A stretch of 57,547 bases of DNA from Bacteriovoracaceae bacterium (GCA_018649885.1 JABIHA010000142.1:1-57547); one strand, 5' to 3'; numbered from the stretch's first letter, positions 29,343 to 39,538 are shown. The notes: a model not told the origin generated them from the sequence alone. Numbers and translations are program-made.

Positions 29343-29987
29343 GTGTTCACCGGGTTAGTTCAGACAAAGGGCAAAATCACTAACATTATCCCTAATTCTG
29401 AGGGGCGTTTACTCAAAGTCCATTGTCCCAGCATTGCTGCAGATATCAAAATAGATGATTCTGTTGCCATTAACGGTGTATGCCAGACAGCGATCTCGGT
29501 AGATGAAAATTCTTTTACTGCTCAGGCCATCCACACCACACTAGAAAAAACCAATTTTAAGTATTTGAAAGTGGGCGAAGAAATCAACCTTGAGTTGGCC
29601 CTAAGGCTATCAGACAGACTTGGAGGTCATATTGTCCAAGGCCACGTAGGCGGTGTTGGCCAAATATCAAGCCTAAGACACCGTGGGAAAAATATCGAAA
29701 TGACTTTAGTGCTTCCAAATGATCTTCTTAAATACTGCATTTTAGAGGGCTCAATTTGTCTCGATGGAATCAGCCTTACAATCGCAGGCCTTGAAAGCAG
29801 TAAAATCATGGTTTCACTTATTCCACACACTGTGGAAAATACCCATTTAAAAAATAAGCGCATTGGTGATTACATAAATATAGAAGTTGATGTACTGGCA
29901 AAATACGTAGAACGACTTCTCGGGAAAAATAATCGGGAAACACAAACTTCAGACTACCAAAATAGTCTTAGAGAAATATTGGGATAA
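29343..29987 (+). CDS. ribE: Riboflavin synthase
   Basis: MFTGLV N-terminus; GGHIVQGHV; NIEVD. Called ribC in E. coli nomenclature. Confidence 0.96.
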   Translation: MFTGLVQTKGKITNIIPNSEGRLLKVHCPSIAADIKIDDSVAINGVCQTAISVDENSFTAQAIHTTLEKTNFKYLKVGEEINLELALRLSDRLGGHIVQGHVGGVGQISSLRHRGKNIEMTLVLPNDLLKYCILEGSICLDGISLTIAGLESSKIMVSLIPHTVENTHLKNKRIGDYINIEVDVLAKYVERLLGKNNRETQTSDYQNSLREILG

Positions 29988-29991
29988 ACAA

Positions 29992-31257
29992 ATGACGAAA
30001 AAAAATGAAGTTTTTGACTCGATCGAATCGGCCCTAGAGGATATCAAGGCCGGTAAAATAATTATCGTTGTGGATAATGAAGATCGAGAAAATGAGGGCG
30101 ATTTTGTCATGGCCGCTGATAAGGCCACCCCTGAAGCCATCAACTTCATGGCCAAGTTTGGAAGAGGTATTATTTGTACCCCTATAACAATGGAGCGTTC
30201 ACGTGAACTTGAGCTCCCATACATGGTGGATCCCAATACCAACTCATCGAAATATTTTACTCCTTTTACGCTCTCAGTAGATCTTATCGAGGGCTGTACT
30301 ACAGGAATTTCAGCAGAAGATAGAGCAAAGACTATTCTCGCAATTACAGACCAAAAAACCTCACCAGATGAACTCTCTCGCCCGGGTCACATTTTTCCTC
30401 TTATTGCTCAAGACGAAGGTGTCCTAGTAAGACAGGGCCATACAGAGGCAGCAGTAGACCTTGCTAAACTTAGTGGACTCTACCCAGCTGGAGTGATCTG
30501 TGAAATCATGAATGATGATGGCACCATGTCCAGGCTTGATGACTTGGTTGTTTTAGCTGAAAAATTTGACCTAAAACTCATCACAATTGATGACCTGATA
30601 GAATATCGAAACCTCCATGAAGTAATTGTCACAGAGCAAGTCAGCGCCAAAATTCCCAATAAATTTGGCCCTGAATTTGATATGCGTGTTTTTGTTGAGA
30701 GCTCAGATCGTAACCAAGAACACTTGGCCTTGATCTTTGGTGACTTATCAAAAAGCAGTGAACCACTGGTTAGAATCCACTCAGAGTGTCTTACAGGAGA
30801 TTTACTTGCCAGTCGTCGTTGTGATTGCGGAGAACAATTAAAAAAATCCATTGATCTTATCAACAAAGAAGGTCAAGGCGTGGTTTTATATATGAGACAA
30901 GAGGGAAGAGGAATTGGGCTTGTTGAAAAACTTAAGGCCTACAACCTTCAAGACCAAGGCCAGGATACGGTAGAAGCAAATCTTGCACTTGGACATCAGG
31001 CTGATGCCAGGTCATTCATCCCCTGTGCAAGTATTTTAAGAAAATTAGGGCTTCAAAATATTAGACTTCTCACCAATAACCCTAAAAAAATTAATGGACT
31101 CAAGGCCTGTGGCATTGAAGTCACCCAAAGAGTCTCTCTCGAGATGACACCCAATGAATATAATCAAAATTATTTGCAAACTAAAAGAGATAAGTTGGGT
31201 CACCTGATTATGGGTGCCAAACAAGATAAAAATGAAACGCCACTATTTCATCACTAA
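29992..31257 (+). CDS. ribBA: Bifunctional DHBP synthase / GTP cyclohydrolase II
   Basis: DRENEGD, RPGHIFPL, GHTEA; RIHSECLTGD...RCDCG, QEGRGIG. Confidence 0.97.
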   Translation: MTKKNEVFDSIESALEDIKAGKIIIVVDNEDRENEGDFVMAADKATPEAINFMAKFGRGIICTPITMERSRELELPYMVDPNTNSSKYFTPFTLSVDLIEGCTTGISAEDRAKTILAITDQKTSPDELSRPGHIFPLIAQDEGVLVRQGHTEAAVDLAKLSGLYPAGVICEIMNDDGTMSRLDDLVVLAEKFDLKLITIDDLIEYRNLHEVIVTEQVSAKIPNKFGPEFDMRVFVESSDRNQEHLALIFGDLSKSSEPLVRIHSECLTGDLLASRRCDCGEQLKKSIDLINKEGQGVVLYMRQEGRGIGLVEKLKAYNLQDQGQDTVEANLALGHQADARSFIPCASILRKLGLQNIRLLTNNPKKINGLKACGIEVTQRVSLEMTPNEYNQNYLQTKRDKLGHLIMGAKQDKNETPLFHH

Positions 31258-31289
31258 GGTAGTATGGCCTCTATAACACAAGGATCGTT

Positions 31290-31754
31290 ATGAACACTTA
31301 TGAAGGACACTTAAACGCTGAAGGCCAAAAAATGGCCGTTATTGTTGCCAGGTTTAATGAGCTCATTGGCTCAAAACTCCTTTCAGGGGCCATTGATTGC
31401 TTTACCAGGCACGGAGGAGCACACGAGGATATGGGAGTTCACTGGGTACCAGGGGCCTTTGAAATACCTCTTCTAGCAAAAAAGCTAGCGCAATCCGGAA
31501 AATATGACAGTATCATCTGTCTTGGCGCCGTTATAAGAGGGGCCACTTCTCACTACGATGTAGTTACTTCTGAAGTATCAAAAGGCATTGCGAACGTCTC
31601 ACTCGAAACTGACACTCCAGTAATTTTTGGAGTTTTAACCACTGATACAATTGAACAGTCTATTGAAAGGGCCGGAACAAAATCGGGCAATAAAGGCTGG
31701 GAATCAGCTCTTTCTGGCATCGAAATGAGCAATCTTCTAAAAAGAATTGAATAA
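31290..31754 (+). CDS. ribH: 6,7-dimethyl-8-ribityllumazine synthase
   Basis: [26 protein letters not shown]. Confidence 0.97.
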   Translation: MNTYEGHLNAEGQKMAVIVARFNELIGSKLLSGAIDCFTRHGGAHEDMGVHWVPGAFEIPLLAKKLAQSGKYDSIICLGAVIRGATSHYDVVTSEVSKGIANVSLETDTPVIFGVLTTDTIEQSIERAGTKSGNKGWESALSGIEMSNLLKRIE

Positions 31755-31761
31755 AACCAAC

Positions 31762-31793
31762 TCCCGGAGTTAGCTCCATAGCTAATTCCGGGA
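31762..31793. terminator. Hairpin after ribH
   Basis: tcccggagttagct-ccat-agctaattccggga. Confidence 0.7.
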
Positions 31794-31950
31794 TATATAA
31801 ACTAGACACAACTTTGCACTGCTAATTCTATCTCCAAAAGATGCTTCAAAAATCACTTCACAAAGATATATTCCTCATCCATCTAATAAAAATAAAAGTT
31901 GGAAGTGCCATAAGTTAAACGACAGTGATTAATTTTTTATGGGATATACT

Positions 31951-33286
31951 TTAAACATCTGAATGCTTAAGAGCTTCTATGGCCTGATGGAATTTGGGAT
32001 CATCGTATTTTTCTTTCATTTCTTCAAAAATTTTCACTCTGTTAATATTGTCTACACCCTTTTCTAATAGATGATGAACAAAACATTCAGCGATAATAAA
32101 GAGCACTGCTAGTGGTGCTAATCCAACCGGAGGAGTCTCCATAAATCCAACACCACTTTTGATACCATGATGCTGCTTAATAATTGTATCAACACCAATG
32201 GGTATATTGGGAAATTTAAGGGTTAATTCTGCTGCCTGCAAAGCATGCTGTTTGACCCTCTGTTCATCCTCATTTAACGGGTAGAGCTTAGATAATTGAG
32301 AATTTGTATGTATTTTTACTTCTTCATCAGATTCCAATAATATGTCGTGAAAATAGGCGACATAGCTTATCTTTTCTGTTTGCTCCTTCGAACTCCAAGG
32401 CATTTTATATACCATGTGAAAGGCAACACAAGATATCAACTGGCAATGATTGAAGCGATAACTCGCCTTATTTTTTAACAGCAATTTTAGCATACTTCCC
32501 AACTCTTTGGACTTAGACACAATTTTAGTCATAGACTTAACTGAAGCATTCGCAAGTTGGATCGCCTCTTCAGTAACTCCAAATTTTTTCAGATTTTCAC
32601 TGCCTAGGGCATAACTTTTCTCAGTCAACTTTATTCTTTCTTCCATATGTAAGACTATCGTCTTCTAATATTTCGACAAACCGTTTGGATAAAAACTTTG
32701 TAAACTCCAGACGAAATTGACTTTCGACAAACAAATATTTGGCATTTTTATCCTCATAGGCATCCAAGGCCTCTTGTTCAAAATTTCCACCTTGATGTAT
32801 GACTTTAACGAACTGGTCTTCAGTATCTTTTTTCTCAATTTTCACAAAGACATCACACGGAGATGACTCAATTTTTAAAAAATAATGTATATCGATAGGA
32901 TAATAATTGGGGAAATTTTTCTCTGACATACTCTTTGCTGTTATTCCTAGAATTTTCGCTGTTAGAGTTACAACTTCTCTAAGCTGGACTTTTTCTGGCA
33001 GTATGTGCTTACAACCTTCGATTTTACTTCTAAGGCCTATCACAATTTGCGGAATATTATGGTCCTTCTCAAATTTCCATTGATAAATTTTGTGAGAGAT
33101 ATCATCGTCATCAATTTTATCTTGAGAAATGATTAAATCAATTTCAGGTAAGGCCTCTAGCAGGTTAAATGCATCAGCTAAACCTTCTCTAATAATCACA
33201 TCAGCACCAGTAAACATAGAAAAATTTATAGAGAGAATTCTTGCTCGATCAATATTTTGCATAACTAGGAGTATCTTCTTCATCAA
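31951..33286 (-). pseudogene. Degenerate HD-GYP-like protein split by a single-base frameshift near 32647
   Basis: Two overlapping ORFs; removing one base in cttacaTatggaa fuses ...DDSLT to MEERIKL. HD motif YFHDI and KQHHG present; no GYP. Confidence 0.6.
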
Positions 33287-33517
33287 CTAGGTCCAAGTAA
33301 AAGAGGTCCCATTTACATCGGTATTTCCTGACAAATCCTAATTAATTTAGTGGTCTAAATCGTCTTCAATATTCTTTAGCTTTTTTTCTAAAAATATCAT
33401 TGTGAAATAAAATAAAAATATTTAATTTAAAACAATTTAAATTTACAAAAAACCATGATTTTGGTGAATTTTTCTCATTTAAGATTAGAACTCTCATTCA
33501 ATTGAGAAAGCTCCCCC

Positions 33518-34396
33518 CTAAAATTGAGGCATGCCCTCAAATGCTTTCGGACTAATGTATATTTTGACCTTTTCTCTCGCGGAGTTTTGCTTCTTTGAAT
33601 ACTTAGCGTTACTAAAAATACCATTGAGCATTCCCGCAAGCCTTATGCCTCCAACTAGCATTTGTCTTTCCATTGTTTTGACATGGTCGTAACTATATCG
33701 GTAGCCAAGACTTGTCCCTTCAAATTTGTAGCAGCTATCTCTTAGATCAACGCTTTCTTTGACCCAATCAACCACAGTCATTCTTTGTAATTTTTTTATT
33801 TCAGAAGCTCCAAGTTTATCGAGTTCTTTCGTGTATTCACTAAAGCTGAGTTGTTGAAACTCCACCAATTGTTCATCCCATACTCGGTGGAGATTTGATT
33901 TCTTTCCAAACCAATTGAGTTTAATTTTATTTCCCCCATAATCTTCAGCATAGCCAGCGTGTAGTGGTTGATGAATATCTCCTACTAAGTGTGCCAGAAA
34001 CTTCAATGCCATGGTCTTATGCGTTTTTGGATTTTTAGAGTTTCTAAGGATTGATTCCATCAAGTAGATAGCTTGTACAATATCGCCTTTCTTTGAGTGG
34101 GTAATCTTATGGTAATTGGACTCGCCTTTGGCAAAGTTTACGTAGTGCCAAGGTTTGGCCTTGTCCCACTGTTTATTTGACCTGATGTAATCGGCCCAGT
34201 TAGTAACATAGGAAAGTGAGCGAGGGGCCAGTAGCTTATCCACTCCCTTTCTTGCTGCAGGAGATAAATGTTTCCAAGCTATCTCTCCCACAACCCGGTG
34301 ACCGATCTTTCCCCAGCCAAAACAGTTAGAAACGAACAAAACAGAAAATAATAAAACTAGAAACTTCAAAAGACACCTCCTAAGGCCCAAAAGCAT
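33518..34396 (-). CDS. S1/P1 nuclease
   Basis: WGKIGH, WADYIR, WHYVN, HLVGDIHQPLH, NLHRVWD. The start is likely TTG at 34369, after GGAGG. Confidence 0.95.
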   Translation of the reverse strand: MLLGLRRCLLKFLVLLFSVLFVSNCFGWGKIGHRVVGEIAWKHLSPAARKGVDKLLAPRSLSYVTNWADYIRSNKQWDKAKPWHYVNFAKGESNYHKITHSKKGDIVQAIYLMESILRNSKNPKTHKTMALKFLAHLVGDIHQPLHAGYAEDYGGNKIKLNWFGKKSNLHRVWDEQLVEFQQLSFSEYTKELDKLGASEIKKLQRMTVVDWVKESVDLRDSCYKFEGTSLGYRYSYDHVKTMERQMLVGGIRLAGMLNGIFSNAKYSKKQNSAREKVKIYISPKAFEGMPQF

Positions 34397-34454
34397 ATGG
34401 CAAAATGAGGAAAAATTCTAGTCATGGCAGGACCTAGACTTTAAAATATTAGAA

Positions 34455-35162
34455 GTGAACTTCTTAGGCTTAGTTATTATTCTTATTTTGAGCGTTGCTG
34501 CCCATGCTGGGGGTCCCTTCAATCCATCTAAAGAGGGCGAAGTCACTATGGAGCCTCAGATTGCTTACGGAAGTGTGGCAACAAGTGAAAGCTACAAAAA
34601 CTCAACTAATAGTATCTCACAGGCCGTCCCAACGGGTCTGATCATAGATTCTCACTACCAAAACCCAGAAAAACTCGACAACTTCCAGCTTGTCAGTAGA
34701 ATCCAAGTATTCCCAGTTTCCACTAAAAGAGAGCTAGAATTTCCTCTGGATTTATGGATTTCCGGTGGAGTAATGGTGGAGCGGTTTTGGCAAAAAAATC
34801 TTTTGGTATTAGAGGGTTTCTACCAACGATTTGGTAATCTAAGCCTTACTGGCCTCAATATTCCCTACATTGTAGACAACTCCTCATTTGGCATCTCGGC
34901 CGGAGCCATGTTTGAAAGTCTCTATTTCAAAAAAAGAACTCACCTCAACCTCAACCTTGATTTTATCCCTGCAGGCTCCTCTTCAAGCAGTACTGGCGCC
35001 GGACAAGACTCATATTGGGGCTATGGAGGAAGGGCCAAGTTAAACTTCTACGCCTGGAAAAACTGGCCTTTGAGCTTTTTTGGGAGCTTTCATTATTACA
35101 AGAAGACCTATCAGCTAACTCGAATGTCACTAGGGCTCAGCCTAGGTTACCGCATCCAATAA
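34455..35162 (+). CDS. Outer-membrane beta-barrel-like protein
   Basis: Signal peptide (AAHA); ends LGLSLGYRIQ. Confidence 0.55.
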   Translation: MNFLGLVIILILSVAAHAGGPFNPSKEGEVTMEPQIAYGSVATSESYKNSTNSISQAVPTGLIIDSHYQNPEKLDNFQLVSRIQVFPVSTKRELEFPLDLWISGGVMVERFWQKNLLVLEGFYQRFGNLSLTGLNIPYIVDNSSFGISAGAMFESLYFKKRTHLNLNLDFIPAGSSSSSTGAGQDSYWGYGGRAKLNFYAWKNWPLSFFGSFHYYKKTYQLTRMSLGLSLGYRIQ

Positions 35163-35255
35163 CGCAAAAAGCCATAAATCCGGCTAATGATGGCCTATTA
35201 CTAAATGTAATTTCATTTTATTGAGAAATTTCGCTAATCTCTGCCTGTGAAAACA

Positions 35256-35351
35256 AAATGGTCCGTTCGGTTGCACCCTCCGCACTGAGCGACACATGAC
35301 CATTTCGTCAAAAAAGGCCCTGGACTGCCCCCACATTGTTCAGGGCTTTTT
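35256..35351 (+). ncRNA. Candidate structured small RNA: two hairpins with C-rich loops, the second terminator-like
   Basis: aaatggtc/gaccattt and cgttcggt/actgagcg stems with loop accctcc; aaaaggccctggac/gttcagggcttttt with loop tgcccccacatt. G-U pairs fit the + strand. Confidence 0.35.
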
Positions 35352-35459
35352 AAACTAATCCCAGTTTGAATTTCAAGTGATGTATTCCTCGTCGGAGTGT
35401 GCTTGCTACACGCCTTCCTCGTCATCCACTCACTTGAAATCCAAACTGGGATTAGTTTA
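35351..35459. mobile_element. 109-bp palindromic MITE/ERIC-like element
   Basis: 30-bp inverted repeats with 1 mismatch (35351-35380 and 35430-35459); TA at both ends; abuts a TAA stop codon. Confidence 0.6.
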
Positions 35460-36848
35460 TCCTTTATAACCAAATAATTTTTTCGATTTAACAGCTTGAA
35501 CTACAGACTGTGGAACTTCTTTTTCCCAATTTGTTAAACCCGATTGAATTTCTTTCAAAATTTTGCGAGACCAAATATCGAGAATATCAGGATTAAATTT
35601 ATCAAACTCAATAATGTATTCATTCTCTCGAAAATGTCTGTAGAGGCTGCTTAGATTGACATCGATTTTAAGATTATTGGTGTTAATGATTGTTCCCTTC
35701 TTATCTTCTTTTGCAGGGTAGACTAGAAGCTTTGTATTTTTACTAAAAATTTTCCCAAAGGCTTCCATGATACTAATTTCTTCACTAACCTCACCCGAAA
35801 AAAGGGCCTCAATATTATATACACCGAGTACAATCCACAGAGGGAGGCTTGTGTACCTAGAAAAGTAATTTGTCATTTTATGGTATTCATCATGGCTACT
35901 AATTAAAACTCGTTGACCAAGAGAAGTGAGCATATCAACGCGATCTAAAAAATCGGATTCATCAATATTAGTAGAGTCTTTTAAATTTGCCAGTGTTATT
36001 TGAGCAATTGAAACAATATCTTCTTTGGGAATTCCTTCTTTTTTCGAAAATTGGGACAACCCATTTCGAAGCATTTCCATATTGACCAGAGTTGGTGGTC
36101 TATAAGATCCCCTAGCAAGCATAATAGGCTTTTTATAAAATATATCCGCAGCTTGCAAGACAGATCCATCACAATCAAATAAAACAGCTTCGGTCATTCC
36201 ATGCTTTACCAATTGAAGTGATAGAATCCTGTTATCGAAATGAGACAAATTCTTGCCTTTAACCCTTATCATATCCACTTCAATTCTTTTTGAACTTAAA
36301 TTATCCAGAAGAGAGGTCGCAAAGTCTTCCATGCTATCGTTATGGAAATAACAAGCATGAATAAGATTGACCCCAACCACACCTATGGCCTGTTGCTGAG
36401 CTAGAATATCATCATCAAGCATCCGCACATGAATGATAGCTTCATTAGGACTTCCTCCGTCCTCTAATTGAAAACGTATCCCCATCCAACCATGGCACTC
36501 AGTATCTTTCATATACTGCTTGGCCGATACAGTGTTGGCCAGTGAGAAGAATTTAGATTCCCCCTCTCTTTTCCCTGCAAGTCTTTCCATAATCAGACCG
36601 TATTCGTGGTCAATCATTTTGATCACACGAGACTCACACACATAGCGGCTAGCTTTCCCATAGATAGCATCTGAAAAGGCCATGTCATAAGCGGACATGG
36701 TCTTTGCTACTGTTTGAGAAGCGGCTCCAGCTTGGAAAAAATATCTCGCAACCTCTTGCCCAGCACCTATTTCAGCAAGTGTGCCGTATATACTCGGATC
36801 TAAATTTACTTTGAGTGCTTTTTGAGTAGTAGATATTCGGGTTCTCAA
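35457..36848 (-). CDS. Conserved uncharacterised protein with nucleotidyltransferase-like C-terminal half (family often labelled nicotinate-nucleotide adenylyltransferase or 'TonB-dependent receptor')
   Basis: YGTLAEIGAGQEVAR, AKTMSAYDM, HGWMGIRFQ, RGSYRPPT; no signal peptide or barrel. Confidence 0.7.
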   Translation of the reverse strand: MRTRISTTQKALKVNLDPSIYGTLAEIGAGQEVARYFFQAGAASQTVAKTMSAYDMAFSDAIYGKASRYVCESRVIKMIDHEYGLIMERLAGKREGESKFFSLANTVSAKQYMKDTECHGWMGIRFQLEDGGSPNEAIIHVRMLDDDILAQQQAIGVVGVNLIHACYFHNDSMEDFATSLLDNLSSKRIEVDMIRVKGKNLSHFDNRILSLQLVKHGMTEAVLFDCDGSVLQAADIFYKKPIMLARGSYRPPTLVNMEMLRNGLSQFSKKEGIPKEDIVSIAQITLANLKDSTNIDESDFLDRVDMLTSLGQRVLISSHDEYHKMTNYFSRYTSLPLWIVLGVYNIEALFSGEVSEEISIMEAFGKIFSKNTKLLVYPAKEDKKGTIINTNNLKIDVNLSSLYRHFRENEYIIEFDKFNPDILDIWSRKILKEIQSGLTNWEKEVPQSVVQAVKSKKLFGYKG

Positions 36849-36898
36849 GAAAAAATCCTTTTTTTCTCAAAATGATACCATAAAACCTTATGAGTGAC

Positions 36899-37846
36899 TT
36901 ACTTGAGAAGGCCTAGTCTTCTTACACGAGTGAAGATTTCCCACTGAACCTTCTTGAATTTCTTCATACCTGAGCCGGACAAGGTTTTACCAATAATCGA
37001 GGCGTGATCTGATTTTATTTGGGCCAGACAAGCGCCCCAAAATTGAGAGTAGATGGGAACTAACCCATCAGTTCTTTTTTCCCAATCACTATATTTCTTA
37101 CCCCGAATCATCTCTTTAATAATTTTTCCAGTAATGGATAATACCGCAAAGGATTTAGTGAGCCCAAAAATCCCATCTCCCACCAAGACAGTGTAGACCG
37201 GAGGGAATTTTGGATCTGAGTCAATGTAGGTATTCCATGTATAGGAATGCTCTTCGCTCAATTCCTTTAAATATTTCTTCTGAGTTTCATCATAACCTAG
37301 CAAGGCCATGAACCTTCTAAGGACAAATAAGGGAGTACTTTTCTTTAGTAAAAAATCCACAAGAGGAGTTCCCCTGTGAGGAGTACTAACTGTAATCACC
37401 GCACTTAAATATTTATGAATGCTATAATCTCTCAGGGCCACTCTCACTGCAAGGCCACCCATGCTGTGCCCGAACAAAAGAACTTTCTTACCCTTCTTTC
37501 CCCATCTTTTTACAAATCTAGCGACCTTTTTTGCACGCTGTTCTACCGAATAGTTGCCATTTATATCTGAAGGTAAGACGTGGTTTTCAATTCCCATTGA
37601 GGCCAACACTTTTTGTACCTCGCCGTAGTACTCCCCCCATTTAAGATGTCCTAGGTGTAAATCTTTTCTTCTAGAGCCTGCCCCTGGAACCAGAAGCACC
37701 ATATCAGCAGCACTACTGCTGTGAACACTAACGCTATCTGAGGGGTATTGTTTGGGACAATCGGCGCTAAAGGTATAGTCAGCCGCAATTGCGCTGCTCA
37801 CACCGAGTAAGCACGCAAGAAAAAGTAAAATGAGCCCTTTAGTCAT
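36899..37846 (-). CDS. Secreted lipase (alpha/beta hydrolase)
   Basis: GHSMGG nucleophile elbow; STPHRGT; DGLVP; DH. Confidence 0.9.
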   Translation of the reverse strand: MTKGLILLFLACLLGVSSAIAADYTFSADCPKQYPSDSVSVHSSSAADMVLLVPGAGSRRKDLHLGHLKWGEYYGEVQKVLASMGIENHVLPSDINGNYSVEQRAKKVARFVKRWGKKGKKVLLFGHSMGGLAVRVALRDYSIHKYLSAVITVSTPHRGTPLVDFLLKKSTPLFVLRRFMALLGYDETQKKYLKELSEEHSYTWNTYIDSDPKFPPVYTVLVGDGIFGLTKSFAVLSITGKIIKEMIRGKKYSDWEKRTDGLVPIYSQFWGACLAQIKSDHASIIGKTLSGSGMKKFKKVQWEIFTRVRRLGLLK

Positions 37847-38117
37847 AGAGTCCCCTAAGTAAAGAAATTCCCCTGTGTATGATGCTCGAACCTCAGAGCT
37901 GTTACGGCAATAAAAAGAATTTGTTTAGGCTTCTAACCGGAGAAGCTTGCGAAATTTCGCATTGTGCATGGCAGGGATCTAGGGCATCTGCAATCTTAAT
38001 GGGGGGTAATATTGCCTAACGCCCCTACTGGAGCCAGTTTCAAGCTATTGAAACCAAAGAAACCTGCGGTTTTTCTCAACTTTATTTGGCAAGTTACCGA
38101 AAATCTATCAAATGGAC

Positions 38118-38126
38118 TGCTATAAT
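38118..38126 (+). promoter_or_regulatory. Extended -10 promoter
   Basis: TGCTATAAT about 50 bp upstream of the small ORF at 38179. Confidence 0.45.
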
Positions 38127-38178
38127 AGACTCTAGCAGCTGCATTCGAGTGAAACTCTAGTGCAATGTAAAAGGGAAA

Positions 38179-38334
38179 ATGATGGAAGATATTCAAACGG
38201 CAGCTTACTTTCCCTCTGAGATTCTTTTGATTATTTCGATGATTCTCGCTCAAGTATTTGTGGCCTTTACACCAAAAAAAGAGCGTGCCAAAATTATCAT
38301 TAAAAAAGAAGACCAGAAGAATTTGAGAAAGTAG
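38179..38334 (+). CDS. Small single-TM membrane protein, 51 aa (not in ORF track)
   Basis: AAGGGA RBS; MMEDIQTAAYFPSEILLIISMILAQVFVAFTPKKERAKIIIKKEDQKNLRK. Confidence 0.55.
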   Translation: MMEDIQTAAYFPSEILLIISMILAQVFVAFTPKKERAKIIIKKEDQKNLRK

Positions 38335-38337
38335 CTC

Positions 38338-39114
38338 TTAAGGCAGCTTAGTTGCCGCTATTTTGCTATGACGTAACCATCCGCCGTAGAAGGCATTGTA
38401 GTAGTCCGTAAAAAAATCATCAACATTGAAAAATAGATTTAAAAAGCTTGTTCCACCCTTTCCATCCATTTTCAATATGGCCATTAAAACACCTGGGAGA
38501 GCATTAACGATTGAGCGTTTCATTTGTTCAAAGTCTGCATCGTTAACTTCAATATCACCAACAACTTTCAACTCAACACCATCAGCGCAACTTGCTGATC
38601 CAGTATTAAAGGTCATGTAAGTATCAAATTTATTGAGTCCCATATTTGTTAGTCCGCTTTTGCTCTCCCAATCTTTATTGAGTTTGCAATCGTATACAAG
38701 AACGTCTTCGCCATCTTCCCCGGTAAATGTGTTTAAACAATCTAGCTGTAAAAAGGCGTAGCCTTCTTTGGCCACATCATATTTTGGCATTGGTTGAATC
38801 GCAAATCTCCCATGAGTTAATACATTTAGATCTGGTTCATATTCAGAATCAATAAAAGTGACTGTCTCTACAGGGATTGAATAAACCATATCAAGAGGAG
38901 TTTGATACCCCAGGCCTTTGTACTGCTTTAAAAACCCATCATCAAAATTTTTGTATTCTTTAAATTGTTGAAGGGATCTTGCAGAATATCTAATAAGTTC
39001 TTTATCACTAAGACTAGGGTGCTTTAGGCAATAGTGTTTTTTTATCAAAGGTATTTGTACGGCCAAAAGGCTGCTGCAAAAACACATTGTCATAACTAGT
39101 GCTGCAAATTTCAT
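38338..39114 (-). CDS. Secreted hypothetical protein
   Basis: GGGGAG RBS; signal peptide; several Cys. Confidence 0.65.
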   Translation of the reverse strand: MKFAALVMTMCFCSSLLAVQIPLIKKHYCLKHPSLSDKELIRYSARSLQQFKEYKNFDDGFLKQYKGLGYQTPLDMVYSIPVETVTFIDSEYEPDLNVLTHGRFAIQPMPKYDVAKEGYAFLQLDCLNTFTGEDGEDVLVYDCKLNKDWESKSGLTNMGLNKFDTYMTFNTGSASCADGVELKVVGDIEVNDADFEQMKRSIVNALPGVLMAILKMDGKGGTSFLNLFFNVDDFFTDYYNAFYGGWLRHSKIAATKLP

Positions 39115-39133
39115 TATTCTCCCCTTTAGTGGG

Positions 39134-39538
39134 CTACTCTAAGTCCGAAATATCAATTTTTGGTGGCAATTTCTCACCTTCTTCTGCTTTTTTCATCTCT
39201 TCTAGTGCGTCGGTAAGAAGCTCTAGAAAAGGGGTAATACTTTTAAAAATAGGTTCTGCGGATTCATAAAATTTGGTGCCAACCATTGCTAGCTCTTTAA
39301 GGCTAAGACCCAAGTCAGACAGATCATCCCCAAATTTTGATAAAAGGATTTCATAAACTTCCATCAAGCGCACCATTGCCTGGGTTTGCTTTTCCATTTT
39401 GTCAGCCACATCAGCGAGCTTGTCCATGCTCTTATCCATATTATTGACGTTTTCTGGAGTCCTAGAAATGCAAGAACTGAAGCCGAGCATTAGGCAAATA
39501 ATAAGGGGTAGTATGGCAACTCTCAAAACAGACTCCAC
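39134..39538 (-). CDS. Coiled-coil lipoprotein
   Basis: Lipobox FSSC; heptad helical pattern. Confidence 0.6.
   Translation of the reverse strand: MESVLRVAILPLIICLMLGFSSCISRTPENVNNMDKSMDKLADVADKMEKQTQAMVRLMEVYEILLSKFGDDLSDLGLSLKELAMVGTKFYESAEPIFKSITPFLELLTDALEEMKKAEEGEKLPPKIDISDLE

Noticed and set aside
35351..35459. 6S RNA or retron msr-msd
   Set aside because: Too short for 6S and lacks its central-bubble architecture; no reverse transcriptase is adjacent.
35234..35473. 79-aa ORF in the track
   Set aside because: It runs through the palindromic element and hairpins; its repeated peptides are a by-product of the inverted repeat.
37996..38253. 85-aa minus-strand ORF
   Set aside because: No RBS or recognisable features; the opposite-strand 51-aa ORF has a promoter, an RBS and a TM helix.
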